Shown here: positions 18,427 through 26,722 of the stretch, one piece after another
Numbering within the stretch: position 1 is the stretch's first letter
Layout of the letters: every line of letters begins with the position of its first letter
DNA from: Bacteroidales bacterium
Lineage (GTDB): Bacteria; Bacteroidota; Bacteroidia; Bacteroidales; UBA7960
Assembly: GCA_041690235.1 (NCBI GenBank)
Contig: JAWLHS010000003.1
Span: forward strand, 1-47,834
Length of the DNA: 47,834 nucleotides
Direction of reading: 5' to 3'
Program-made: the position numbers and the translations under genes
The notes under the pieces: generated by a model
The model's input: only the letters and a program-made list of their open reading frames with translations
Databases searched by the model: none
What the model was told of the DNA's origin: nothing

Positions 18427-20295
18427 TTACAGAAAGACGACTAACATAAGTATTAACCCGGCGATCATCCAGATCAGATAAACCGGCAGAATCCCCGAAT
18501 GAAGCCATGAGAGCCCCTTACTCAGACCCAAAACCGTTGTCCGGGCAATTTCATACAAATCAAAATATTTTTGCTCAGCCCCCCTGTACATGGCTTTCAG
18601 GGATTCGTTGGCCGTGATGGTTTTGTAAAATTCACCCGATTCAAAACCGGCTTTGCTCCCTGCCGGTTCCCCCAGGATGAAGGGCTCGTCCACCCTGATA
18701 TTGTTCCTGCCCATCACCCGGTAAATGATCAATCCAAGCACAATGCTGATCAGAACAAGCAGGGACACGGTGGGAGACTCCCACACCCCGATGTAAGAAA
18801 ATGATCCGCTCGCGGCCCCGATGATTTTTGGTATGACCCAGTTGTAGGAGAATACGCCAAAGACAATGCATATCACAGCCAGCACAGCCTGCGGCAGCCA
18901 AAGCAAGGGGTTTTTCTCCCTGATCGACTGGTAAACCGGCTTTATGGGACCCAGAAAAATTCCGGAAAGGAATTTCACAAAACTGGCGAGCGTCAGAGCC
19001 GAACCAAACATGGCAAATGCCAGCCATACGACCCATAACTGGTTTGCCAACCCCTCCCCTTCCCCAAACTGGATAATGCCCTGGTATATCAACCATTTTG
19101 AGGCAAACCCGTTCAGGGGAGGAATGCCGGCAATGGAGAGGGAAAAAACGACCACGGCAAAAAAGGTAAGCGGCATCACCCTGGACAGTCCGCCAAGATC
19201 GCCGATCAGGTGACGTCCTGTTTGCCGCTCTATGTGGCCGGCCGACAGGAACAATCCGCTTTTATACAAGGCATTGTTCACCATATGGAACAGTCCCCCT
19301 GCCAGTCCGATCGGTGAGCCAAGGGCAAGCCCCGTAATCATATAGCCAACCTGGGAAACGGCGTGATACCCCAGTAATCGCTTGTAATTGTGCTGGGCCA
19401 GGGCCATCATGACCCCGATCAGGATGGTGGCCACCCCGGCAATCAATACCGCAAGTGTAATCCAGCCGGCGACAACAAACATATGATTGAACAACCTGGC
19501 CAGAAAGTAGATGCCGAGCAATTTATCCAGTGAGGCGGGAAGGAAGGCCGATGAGCTGGCCGGAGCATGGGTTGAAAAGTCCGGCACCCATGTATGAAAA
19601 GGAAATGCGCCCGCCTTGGTGAAGGCACCAATAAGCAAACAAAAAAATGCAACAACCCCCAGCATATTGCTGGTTGGAACGTCCATTCCGGTGATGGAGA
19701 GCGGAAACCCCAAACGCAGGATGAGGGCCAGTCCGAGGATCATTATCCCATCGGATGCCCCGATCATGATCAGGGTTTTCTTGGCCGTGGAGGCGGTAAT
19801 GCTGTTATGCCCCTTAATGAGCTTATAAAGGGTCAGTCCGAGAATGCCCCAGAAAAACACAAACAGCAACAGATGGTCAGCCAGGACCGCCCCATTCGAA
19901 CAACCAGCGGTAATCAGAAAGTAGGAAAAGTAGTGCCTCGGCCTGGTTTTGGGCAAGAGGTACCCCAGGGAGTAGACCGAAATGACCAGCGTGATGAAGC
20001 CGGCCGACAGAACGATCAACTTGCTGAGGCCATCCACATTCAGCAAAGAAAACTGCTCGGCCTGGGAGAGAACGGATTGAAGAATTGACTGGTCACGAAA
20101 CAGGCCTTGTCCCAGTTCCAGGGTCGCAAGACCCGTCTGACGAAAATACACCAGAAATGAATAAACCAGGTTCACCAGGGCCACAAGGATCGAAAGCACA
20201 CCCACTACCCTGGAATGGCGCTCCGGGATCAGAAAAAAAAGCAGACCCGCAAGAACCGGCAAAAAGATGACAATATGCAATTCGTTGATGATCAT
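18427..20295 (-). CDS. NuoL/MrpA/HyfB-like antiporter-type membrane subunit
   Basis: TKAGAFPFHTWVPD, KRLLGYHAVSQVGY, GIPPLNGFASKW; many TM segments; TM5 Glu replaced by Gly. Confidence 0.88.
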   Translation of the reverse strand: MIINELHIVIFLPVLAGLLFFLIPERHSRVVGVLSILVALVNLVYSFLVYFRQTGLATLELGQGLFRDQSILQSVLSQAEQFSLLNVDGLSKLIVLSAGFITLVISVYSLGYLLPKTRPRHYFSYFLITAGCSNGAVLADHLLLFVFFWGILGLTLYKLIKGHNSITASTAKKTLIMIGASDGIMILGLALILRLGFPLSITGMDVPTSNMLGVVAFFCLLIGAFTKAGAFPFHTWVPDFSTHAPASSSAFLPASLDKLLGIYFLARLFNHMFVVAGWITLAVLIAGVATILIGVMMALAQHNYKRLLGYHAVSQVGYMITGLALGSPIGLAGGLFHMVNNALYKSGLFLSAGHIERQTGRHLIGDLGGLSRVMPLTFFAVVVFSLSIAGIPPLNGFASKWLIYQGIIQFGEGEGLANQLWVVWLAFAMFGSALTLASFVKFLSGIFLGPIKPVYQSIREKNPLLWLPQAVLAVICIVFGVFSYNWVIPKIIGAASGSFSYIGVWESPTVSLLVLISIVLGLIIYRVMGRNNIRVDEPFILGEPAGSKAGFESGEFYKTITANESLKAMYRGAEQKYFDLYEIARTTVLGLSKGLSWLHSGILPVYLIWMIAGLILMLVVFL

Positions 20296-20313
20296 GGATG
20301 TCTGGTTTTTTCC

Positions 20314-21507
20314 TTACATGTTTCGCCTGATTGCCTGTGTATGTTGTTGTGACAGTTGTATGAGCCCTTTTCCGTCCAGGATTTTTTCACGGGTTTTGGC
20401 GTTATAGACAGTGGCCATGCGCTCCGTGCAGCAATAACAGGGATCCACGGCAGCCAGGGCGAGGGTCGCATCACTGATGGTTTGTCCGACGCATGATTTT
20501 TTAAATGTGGCCACATTCACATAACTTGGGGCGCGGATCTTATGGCGGACGGGCGAATTGGAGCCGTCGGTTTTCACATAGTGAAACACCTCGCCCCGGG
20601 GCGCCTCAGCCCTGCCCGATCCGTCGCCCTCCGGGATATGCTTCACTTTCACCTCAATGGTTCCTGGTGTTTCCTTTCTTAATTTTTCAACGCATTGCTC
20701 AATGATGCTGATGGATTCGAAGACCTCCAGGAACCGGACCACGGCTTTGGCGTAAACATCGCCTTCATTGGCAGTGATTACCTTCCAGTTAACCAATGGA
20801 TAGGCGGCATAGGGATCGTCCCGCCGGATGTCCGCATCAAGGCCGGAAGCCCGGGCTGTCGGACCCACCGCACAATAGTCGGTTATATCCTGCCTGGTCA
20901 GTATGCCGATCCCCTTCGTCCGCATATGGATCACCGGATCGTCAATCACGGCCTTCATTAACATGTCCACCTTGGGCTTCAGTGCATCCAGGATCTTCAA
21001 AATCAGGGAGTAATCCTTGTCCGCGATATCCCTTCTGACACCGCCAATTTTAAACATGGCGTAGCTGTTGCGGTTGCCGGTGATGATCTCAAAAAGATCC
21101 AGAACGGGTTCCCGGTATTTCCATGCCCACATGAAGACCGTGTTGTAACCAATAAAATGCCCGGCCAGTCCCACCCACAGAAGATGACTGTGAATCCTTT
21201 CCAGCTCCCCGACTATGGTCCTTATGAATTTCGCACGGTCAGGCACCTTTACATGGGCAATTTCCTCCATGGCGTTTGCATAGGCAAATGGATGGGAGGT
21301 GGAGCAAATTCCACAAATACGCTCAACAACGAAAAAGACCTGTTCGAAGGTTTTCGATTCATTGATCTTCTCAATGCCCCTGTGATTGTATCCCGTTTCC
21401 CATTCAATGTCGGTCACAATTTCCCCATCACAATACAGCCTGAAGAGTTCAGGCTCTTCCTGCAGGGGATGATAGGGGCCAACGGGAATGATCGTTTTTT
21501 CGCTCAT
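20314..21507 (-). CDS. Group 4 energy-converting [NiFe]-hydrogenase large subunit
   Basis: GPYHP, HRGIEK, L1 ERICGICSTSH, EAPRGE, L2 DPCYCCTER followed by a 34-aa cleavable extension. Confidence 0.93.
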   Translation of the reverse strand: MSEKTIIPVGPYHPLQEEPELFRLYCDGEIVTDIEWETGYNHRGIEKINESKTFEQVFFVVERICGICSTSHPFAYANAMEEIAHVKVPDRAKFIRTIVGELERIHSHLLWVGLAGHFIGYNTVFMWAWKYREPVLDLFEIITGNRNSYAMFKIGGVRRDIADKDYSLILKILDALKPKVDMLMKAVIDDPVIHMRTKGIGILTRQDITDYCAVGPTARASGLDADIRRDDPYAAYPLVNWKVITANEGDVYAKAVVRFLEVFESISIIEQCVEKLRKETPGTIEVKVKHIPEGDGSGRAEAPRGEVFHYVKTDGSNSPVRHKIRAPSYVNVATFKKSCVGQTISDATLALAAVDPCYCCTERMATVYNAKTREKILDGKGLIQLSQQHTQAIRRNM

Positions 21508-21546
21508 GCAAAACTTGTGGTTAAATGGTTGTTATCCATGGGTCAT

Positions 21547-21993
21547 TTAACGGGGTTTCTGAATGGTTTTTTTCATGGGATATTCCCCCTCCTTCCAATT
21601 GCCATCCGACAACAGACTTCTCATATTGGGGTGGTTCAGAAAATTCACCCCCAGCAGTTCGTGCATTTCCCGCTCAATCCATTCTGCCGCAACAAAAAGC
21701 GGCGTAAGAGACTCGATTTCAGGATTTTGCTTTGGAACCTGCACCCTAAGGTTGGCGATCAGACCGGTTTTGTCGTTGCTGAAATGATACACCAGTTCGT
21801 ACGCCTGCCCGTTATCCAGACCCGTAGCTATGATGAAGCGGAAATGCAGTTCGTGATAAAGGAAACTGGCGGCCTTAAAAAGAACGTCCTTGTTCAGGTC
21901 CAGCAACGCCCTGTTCTTGTACCGGATAAATACCCGCAGGACATTCAGTTTGAACTTGAACTTCATTAATTCGATGAACTCTGTTGTTTCCAT
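21547..21993 (-). CDS. NuoC-like (MbhK/EchD) subunit
   Basis: ELVYHFS, AAEWIEREMHELLGVNFLNHPN; start moved to METTEFIE (21993). Confidence 0.88.
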   Translation of the reverse strand: METTEFIELMKFKFKLNVLRVFIRYKNRALLDLNKDVLFKAASFLYHELHFRFIIATGLDNGQAYELVYHFSNDKTGLIANLRVQVPKQNPEIESLTPLFVAAEWIEREMHELLGVNFLNHPNMRSLLSDGNWKEGEYPMKKTIQKPR

Positions 21994-22003
21994 AAGGGAA
22001 AAC

Positions 22004-22417
22004 CTAGGGTTTATTGAGAAATTTGACAATTCCTGCCAAAATGGCTTCCGGCTTGGGCGGGCAACCCGGAATATACACATCGACCGGAATCAGCCGATCG
22101 ACCGGACCGGCGAACGTATTGCCCTCCGCAAAGATTCCTCCTGTGCAGCCGCAGGCCCCGATGGCCACCACCACAACAGGCTTCGGGGCCTGTTTGTAGA
22201 TCTCGAGCAGTCGGGATTTGCTTTTCTGGTTGATGGACCCGGAGACCAGCAACACATCGGCATGCCGTACACTGCCGACCAGTAACATTCCAAAGCGCTC
22301 CACATCGAACCGCGGAGTCAGGCAGTCGAGCACCTCTATGTCGCAGTTGTTGCAGGACGCCCCTGCAAAGTGGAATAACCACAAAGATTTCTTAAAACAA
22401 TAACTTTTTATGCCCAC
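22004..22417 (-). CDS. Group 4 hydrogenase small subunit (NuoB/MbhJ/HycG-like)
   Basis: SCNNCDIE, RFDVERFG, RHADVLLVSG, GACGCTGG, IPGCPPKPE. Confidence 0.92.
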   Translation of the reverse strand: MGIKSYCFKKSLWLFHFAGASCNNCDIEVLDCLTPRFDVERFGMLLVGSVRHADVLLVSGSINQKSKSRLLEIYKQAPKPVVVVAIGACGCTGGIFAEGNTFAGPVDRLIPVDVYIPGCPPKPEAILAGIVKFLNKP

Positions 22418-22427
22418 AACTTCTGAT

Positions 22428-23363
22428 TTACAAACCTATATATGCCAAACCAATGGCAATCACCGCAATGACATTCATCCAGACAAAGAAGAACCTCAAT
22501 GCCTGCCCGGTGGTGAGTCTTGGATTGGTATTGCGGATCAGGGAAATCACAAGAACAACACCCAGCAGCTTCAGCAACGACCAGAGAATATGAAGACCCT
22601 CAAAGCGCAGTCCGCCCAAAAGGATTACTGCGACAAATGAAGGGAGGGCCAGAAGCATGATGTGCTTGGCAAGTTTTATCAGTGCGAGAACCAGCCCGGA
22701 ACATTCAATAAAAATCCCCCCGGCAACCTCCGTTTCAGCATCGGCAACATCAAAAGGCACCAGGGCCAGTTTGGCCTGGACGCACATCATCAGAGGGATA
22801 AAAAGCAGCACACCCGAAATGCTGCCGATAAATGCCCCCCCCTCCTGCTGGACCGCCATGATTTCTGACAGGCTGATTGAATTGCCCGCTTTTAGGATTA
22901 CAGCCCCAATTACAAGCAGCAAGCTTAACTCATAGCCAATCACCAATTTCATCTCACGGGATGCGCCAAGGTTTGCCAGGGGATTTCCGCTGCTCAAGGC
23001 ACCGATAATGTATGAAACCGAAGGAATCATCAAAAGGTAAAACACCACAATCAGGTCACCCCTGAAACCGGGCGTGATCCCAAAAGCCGGCAACAATATG
23101 AACATAATGGCCAAGGAGGCGCCGGCAACGGCGAACACCGGGGCCATAAAAAACAGGGGCCTTGACGCATTGACCGGAACGATCACTTCTTTGCCCAGCA
23201 ACTTAACGAAATCGTAAAACGGCTGTAACAAAGGCGGACCAACCCGGAATTGAAGCCTCGCAGTAATTTTCCGATCAAGCCAGGATAAGAAACCACCCCC
23301 GATGGAAGCGAACAAAAAGCCTGGAAAAATCAGGAAATAAAAAATGTGTCCAGCCAATTCCAT
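22428..23363 (-). CDS. NuoH-like membrane anchor (MbhM/HycD)
   Basis: DRKITARLQFRVGPPLLQPFYDFVKLLGKE, GASRE, PFDVADAETE, NPRL; start at MELAGH overlaps the upstream stop (TGATG). Confidence 0.9.
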   Translation of the reverse strand: MELAGHIFYFLIFPGFLFASIGGGFLSWLDRKITARLQFRVGPPLLQPFYDFVKLLGKEVIVPVNASRPLFFMAPVFAVAGASLAIMFILLPAFGITPGFRGDLIVVFYLLMIPSVSYIIGALSSGNPLANLGASREMKLVIGYELSLLLVIGAVILKAGNSISLSEIMAVQQEGGAFIGSISGVLLFIPLMMCVQAKLALVPFDVADAETEVAGGIFIECSGLVLALIKLAKHIMLLALPSFVAVILLGGLRFEGLHILWSLLKLLGVVLVISLIRNTNPRLTTGQALRFFFVWMNVIAVIAIGLAYIGL

Positions 23364-23866
23364 CAGGTCTCTTTTAAGGTTTCCCATGCAAATTCTTTCA
23401 CCATAACCCTGTCATTCAGCTCAAAGAGAAAAGATTCCTTGTCCGGCGTCACTTCTTCAAAAGACAGGGCCCCATTCGGACAGGTTTCCACACATCTCAG
23501 CTTGTTTGTCGATTCATCAAAGTGGCAATAATCACAAACCGATTTTCGAACTTCAAAGAATTGATTCATCAAAGTACCAAAGGGGCAAGCAGTCACGCAG
23601 GATTTGCAGGCAATGCAAAGATTGGCAGAGCGTTCAACCGTCCCGGATCCATCCCGCTCAAGCGCCTCGGCCGGACAAACGTCTATACAGGGGGCCTCTT
23701 CGCATTTCCTGCAGGTATACTGAAAAACAGCCATTTCCAGAAGTGACATCATCCCGTTATTATTGGGATGAAAAGGATAAACACATTCCACACTGCAGGT
23801 TTTACACTCCCTGCATTTGCTCAGGTCGATAACGATCTTTCTTGTTGTCATCTGTTTGGAATCCAT
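23363..23866 (-). CDS. 4x[4Fe-4S] electron-transfer protein (HycB/DmsB/CooF-like)
   Basis: CRECKTCSVEC, CRKCEEAPCIDVCP, CIACKSCVTACPFG, CDYC...CVETCP. Confidence 0.85.
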   Translation of the reverse strand: MDSKQMTTRKIVIDLSKCRECKTCSVECVYPFHPNNNGMMSLLEMAVFQYTCRKCEEAPCIDVCPAEALERDGSGTVERSANLCIACKSCVTACPFGTLMNQFFEVRKSVCDYCHFDESTNKLRCVETCPNGALSFEEVTPDKESFLFELNDRVMVKEFAWETLKET

Positions 23867-23884
23867 CCTTTTATTCCAGGCCGC

Positions 23885-24706
23885 TTACCAAATATGCGGC
23901 TGGTCTTTTATCTCGTCATACGTAAAAACGGGGCCATCCCGGCAAACAAAGTAGCCTCCCAGCATACAATGACCGCATTTCCCAAGGCCACAGGACATAT
24001 TCTTTTCCATCGAAAGATAAATCAGGTGATCCGGGAAGCCCATATCCAGTAATTTTTTGGTTCCGAATTTCATCATGACCGGGGGTCCGCAGACAACGGC
24101 GATGGCATTTTCAAGGTCTACCTCAACGTGGTCAAGAAGGACGGTAGCCACCCCGACGTGTTCCTCCCAATGCTTGTCGGCAAAATCAACCGTCCGCAAC
24201 GTCTGAAACTTATCGATCCTGTTCAACTGGCTGAACAAGGGCTTATAAATGCAATCCTGTGGTGTCTTCGACCCGTAGCAGAGCGTCACCTTCCTGAGTT
24301 TGTCCTTCATGTCAATCAGGGCGAACAATAATGAACGGATGGGAGCCAGTCCACATCCCCCGCTGAGAATAAGGACTTCCTTGTCAGCGAACTTCTCTAT
24401 CGGGTATCCCCGCCCGTAAGGTCCCCTTACCCCAAGAACCGACCCGGGCAGCAGCTGATGCATCTTATCCGTCACATACCCGGCCTTCATAATGGTGACC
24501 TCAAACCGATCATGAATCAGGGGAGAGGATGAGGGGGTAAACGGGGCCTCCCCGATCCCATCCACTGTCAACTCAACAAATTCACCGGTCTGAAAACGAA
24601 ACGCCTCTTCAGGAACCAGCACAAGGGTCCTGATCAAAGGTGATTCCTCAATGACCTTTTCAATGGTGGCCTTCAGTGGTTTGTAAATATTTGTTGGTTG
24701 ATTCAC
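23885..24706 (-). CDS. FAD/NAD(P)-binding [2Fe-2S] subunit, AsrB / sulfhydrogenase gamma / FlxA-like
   Basis: GIGEAPF, GVRGPYGRGYP, GGCGLAPIRS, CGPPVMMKF, SMEKNMSCGLGKCGHC...VCRDGPVF; GTG start. Confidence 0.88.
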   Translation of the reverse strand: MNQPTNIYKPLKATIEKVIEESPLIRTLVLVPEEAFRFQTGEFVELTVDGIGEAPFTPSSSPLIHDRFEVTIMKAGYVTDKMHQLLPGSVLGVRGPYGRGYPIEKFADKEVLILSGGCGLAPIRSLLFALIDMKDKLRKVTLCYGSKTPQDCIYKPLFSQLNRIDKFQTLRTVDFADKHWEEHVGVATVLLDHVEVDLENAIAVVCGPPVMMKFGTKKLLDMGFPDHLIYLSMEKNMSCGLGKCGHCMLGGYFVCRDGPVFTYDEIKDQPHIW

Positions 24707-24715
24707 CGTTTGGGT

Positions 24716-25717
24716 CTATTTGGTCAGTTCCACAAGCAATTCATTTTTATCGATCTTTCCAATGCAGGCTTCGATACACCTGCCGCATCCGGTACAGGCA
24801 ATGGCCTCAAACTTTTCAGGCCGGTACAGGTATTTGCAGAGGTAGCGATTCCTGAACCTGTTTTCCATTTTTTTCAATGGATCCTCTCCGCCGGCGGTTC
24901 GTTCAAAGCCCGGGTACTGGCACACATCCATTTGTCTTACCTTCTCAAATCCAGGACGATCGATCAGCAGAAAACAGGTGCAGGTCGGGCAAATCAGGGC
25001 ACAAGCCCCGCAAGACACACAGGTTTTGGCGTATTTGCGCCATATCTCCTCTTCCGCGTTCAGAATGGCATCGGCTGACTCCTGGTAATTTGGGAGTCGC
25101 CTGTTCATTCCTTCAAGTTCTTTTTTTACCTTCTGCCGGATTTGCTGCACATCATTGGGTTCATCTCCGTTAAGGCTCCTAAAAGGCACGGCCTCCAGCA
25201 TTTTGGACAGGAATTCGTCCCCCTTGTCAGTATAAACGGAAACAAAGACATGGCCGTTCAGCAAACTTACAGTGACATCCTGGTTTTTTTCCGGGTAAGG
25301 ATTCAACCCGTAACTGGTGCAATGGCAATGGGCATTGACCGAATGACAATCCGTTCCAATCAGGATGGTTCCATTGCGTCGCCGGGCATAATAGAGGTCC
25401 GGGAAATCCCCGTTAAGAAAAAATTTATCCAGCAAGTCCAGGGCAAACAAATCGCAGCCGGGTACACCCATTACGACGACCGGCAAGTCCTTTGCCGGCG
25501 GGAGAACCACATTCTCCTTGATGGGGAGGAAGAAGGCTTTAAGGGGAGTGACCGGCTTGGGGGTATTATACACTATTTCCGGAACCTCCTCTTTCCCAAT
25601 GATTGTATAATCAAGGGTCTTCTTTCGATAAACCGGAGCGTATACCCGGTAAACGGGAAGAAGACCCGTCAACGCCTCATCCCAGGCTGTTCGCTCAAGC
25701 TGGTAGTACCGGACCAT
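24716..25717 (-). CDS. 4Fe-4S protein, AsrA / sulfhydrogenase beta / FlxB-like
   Basis: PLKAFFLP, GVPGCDL, CHC, CVSCGACALICPTCTCF, RFRNRYLCK, CTGCGRCIEAC. Confidence 0.88.
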   Translation of the reverse strand: MVRYYQLERTAWDEALTGLLPVYRVYAPVYRKKTLDYTIIGKEEVPEIVYNTPKPVTPLKAFFLPIKENVVLPPAKDLPVVVMGVPGCDLFALDLLDKFFLNGDFPDLYYARRRNGTILIGTDCHSVNAHCHCTSYGLNPYPEKNQDVTVSLLNGHVFVSVYTDKGDEFLSKMLEAVPFRSLNGDEPNDVQQIRQKVKKELEGMNRRLPNYQESADAILNAEEEIWRKYAKTCVSCGACALICPTCTCFLLIDRPGFEKVRQMDVCQYPGFERTAGGEDPLKKMENRFRNRYLCKYLYRPEKFEAIACTGCGRCIEACIGKIDKNELLVELTK

Positions 25718-25788
25718 ACAAAGGCTTTATAGGCGGCGTTCCGCAAACGATCAAGGTACAATATTAAAATGCGGGGGATGAAACAACA

Positions 25789-25824
25789 ATGACAAGTGTC
25801 AGAAAAAAAACTGATTTAAATCAT
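25789..25824. promoter_or_regulatory. Tandem Crp/Fnr-type boxes upstream of the group 4 hydrogenase operon
   Basis: ATGACAAGTGTCAG (25789-25802) and CTGATTTAAATCAT (25811-25824), both TGA-N6-TCA, centres 22 bp apart; -7-like TAATATTG on the minus strand at 25759-25766. Confidence 0.6.
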
Positions 25825-26528
25825 GCCGGGAAGGCCTTCCCGATCTTAAGCAATGCCTTCTTATTCAGCACTTTTATCTTTCTGCCTCTGATTTCAATCA
25901 GTTGATCGTGCTTAAACTCCGAAAGCAGGCGAATGAGGGTCTCTGTGGCTGTTCCCACCAGGTTGGCAAGGTCTTCCCTCGATAAACTGATTACCGTGCC
26001 ATCGTTGCTATGATCCGGGCGGAAGGTTTCATCCAGGGCCAGCAGGGTTTCAGCCACCCTTTCGCGCACTGATTTTTGAGCAAGGGAAGTGATCTTGTTC
26101 TCCGCACCTTCAAGCAAAAAGCTGAGCGTTAACATAATACGCTGAGAAAGTTCAGGGTATTTTAAGGTCAGCTGAAAAAATTTCCTCTTATTGATAAAAC
26201 AACAAACCGAATCGTCCAAAGCAGTGGCGGAGGCGGCATAGGGCTTCCCCGAAATCATGGATCTCAGGCCAAGCAATTCTCCCGGAAGAGCAACCCTCAC
26301 GATTTGCTCCTTCCCCTCTGAACCCAGTTTAAAAACCTTGATTTTTCCCTGGTAAACGCAATAAATTCCCAGGGCCCCCTTCCCTTCATAATAAATCACC
26401 TGACCCCTGCGATAAAAAAAACAAGTCTTCTTGATGTTCAGATCCAGCATATCACTTTCGTCGATCCCCTTGAATATCGACTTCCGGTGAATGGGACAAT
26501 CATCGCAGCTGACATTGATTAATGCCAT
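25821..26528 (-). CDS. Crp/Fnr-family transcriptional regulator with N-terminal CxxC
   Basis: SCDDCP, cNMP domain (GKIKVFKLGSEGKEQI), HTH LSREDLANLVGTATETLIRLLSEF. Confidence 0.92.
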   Translation of the reverse strand: MALINVSCDDCPIHRKSIFKGIDESDMLDLNIKKTCFFYRRGQVIYYEGKGALGIYCVYQGKIKVFKLGSEGKEQIVRVALPGELLGLRSMISGKPYAASATALDDSVCCFINKRKFFQLTLKYPELSQRIMLTLSFLLEGAENKITSLAQKSVRERVAETLLALDETFRPDHSNDGTVISLSREDLANLVGTATETLIRLLSEFKHDQLIEIRGRKIKVLNKKALLKIGKAFPA

Positions 26529-26636
26529 CGTTCAAAAAATGAAAGGGGTGCTACAAATCAGCACCTGACCCCACGCAATTTAACAAACTTTCCATAGATA
26601 CAACCAAAATCCCCTGGAAAACGCCCGTTTAAATTC

Positions 26637-26680
26637 ATGATTTTTGTCATAATTTGCCGGAACACCAATATGTACCTTTG
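26637..26680 (+). promoter_or_regulatory. Crp/Fnr-type box plus Bacteroidota promoter of the hyp operon
   Basis: ATGATTTTTGTCAT (26637-26650), TTTG (26653-26656), TACCTTTG -7 element (26673-26680). Confidence 0.65.
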
Positions 26681-26722
26681 AAAGCGGCCCATCAAGCCGG
26701 TTTGTTAAATAGACCAACCGAC

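Noticed and set aside
13766-23363. Respiratory complex I (nuo) or cofactor-less Mbx/Ehr complex
   Set aside because: The large subunit has both CxxC Ni-binding motifs, a cleavable tail and a cognate protease, with hyp genes adjacent.
23885-25717. Anaerobic sulfite reductase (asrABC) or a soluble group 3b sulfhydrogenase
   Set aside because: No AsrC siroheme subunit and no group 3b large/small subunits; the only NiFe subunits are group 4 type.
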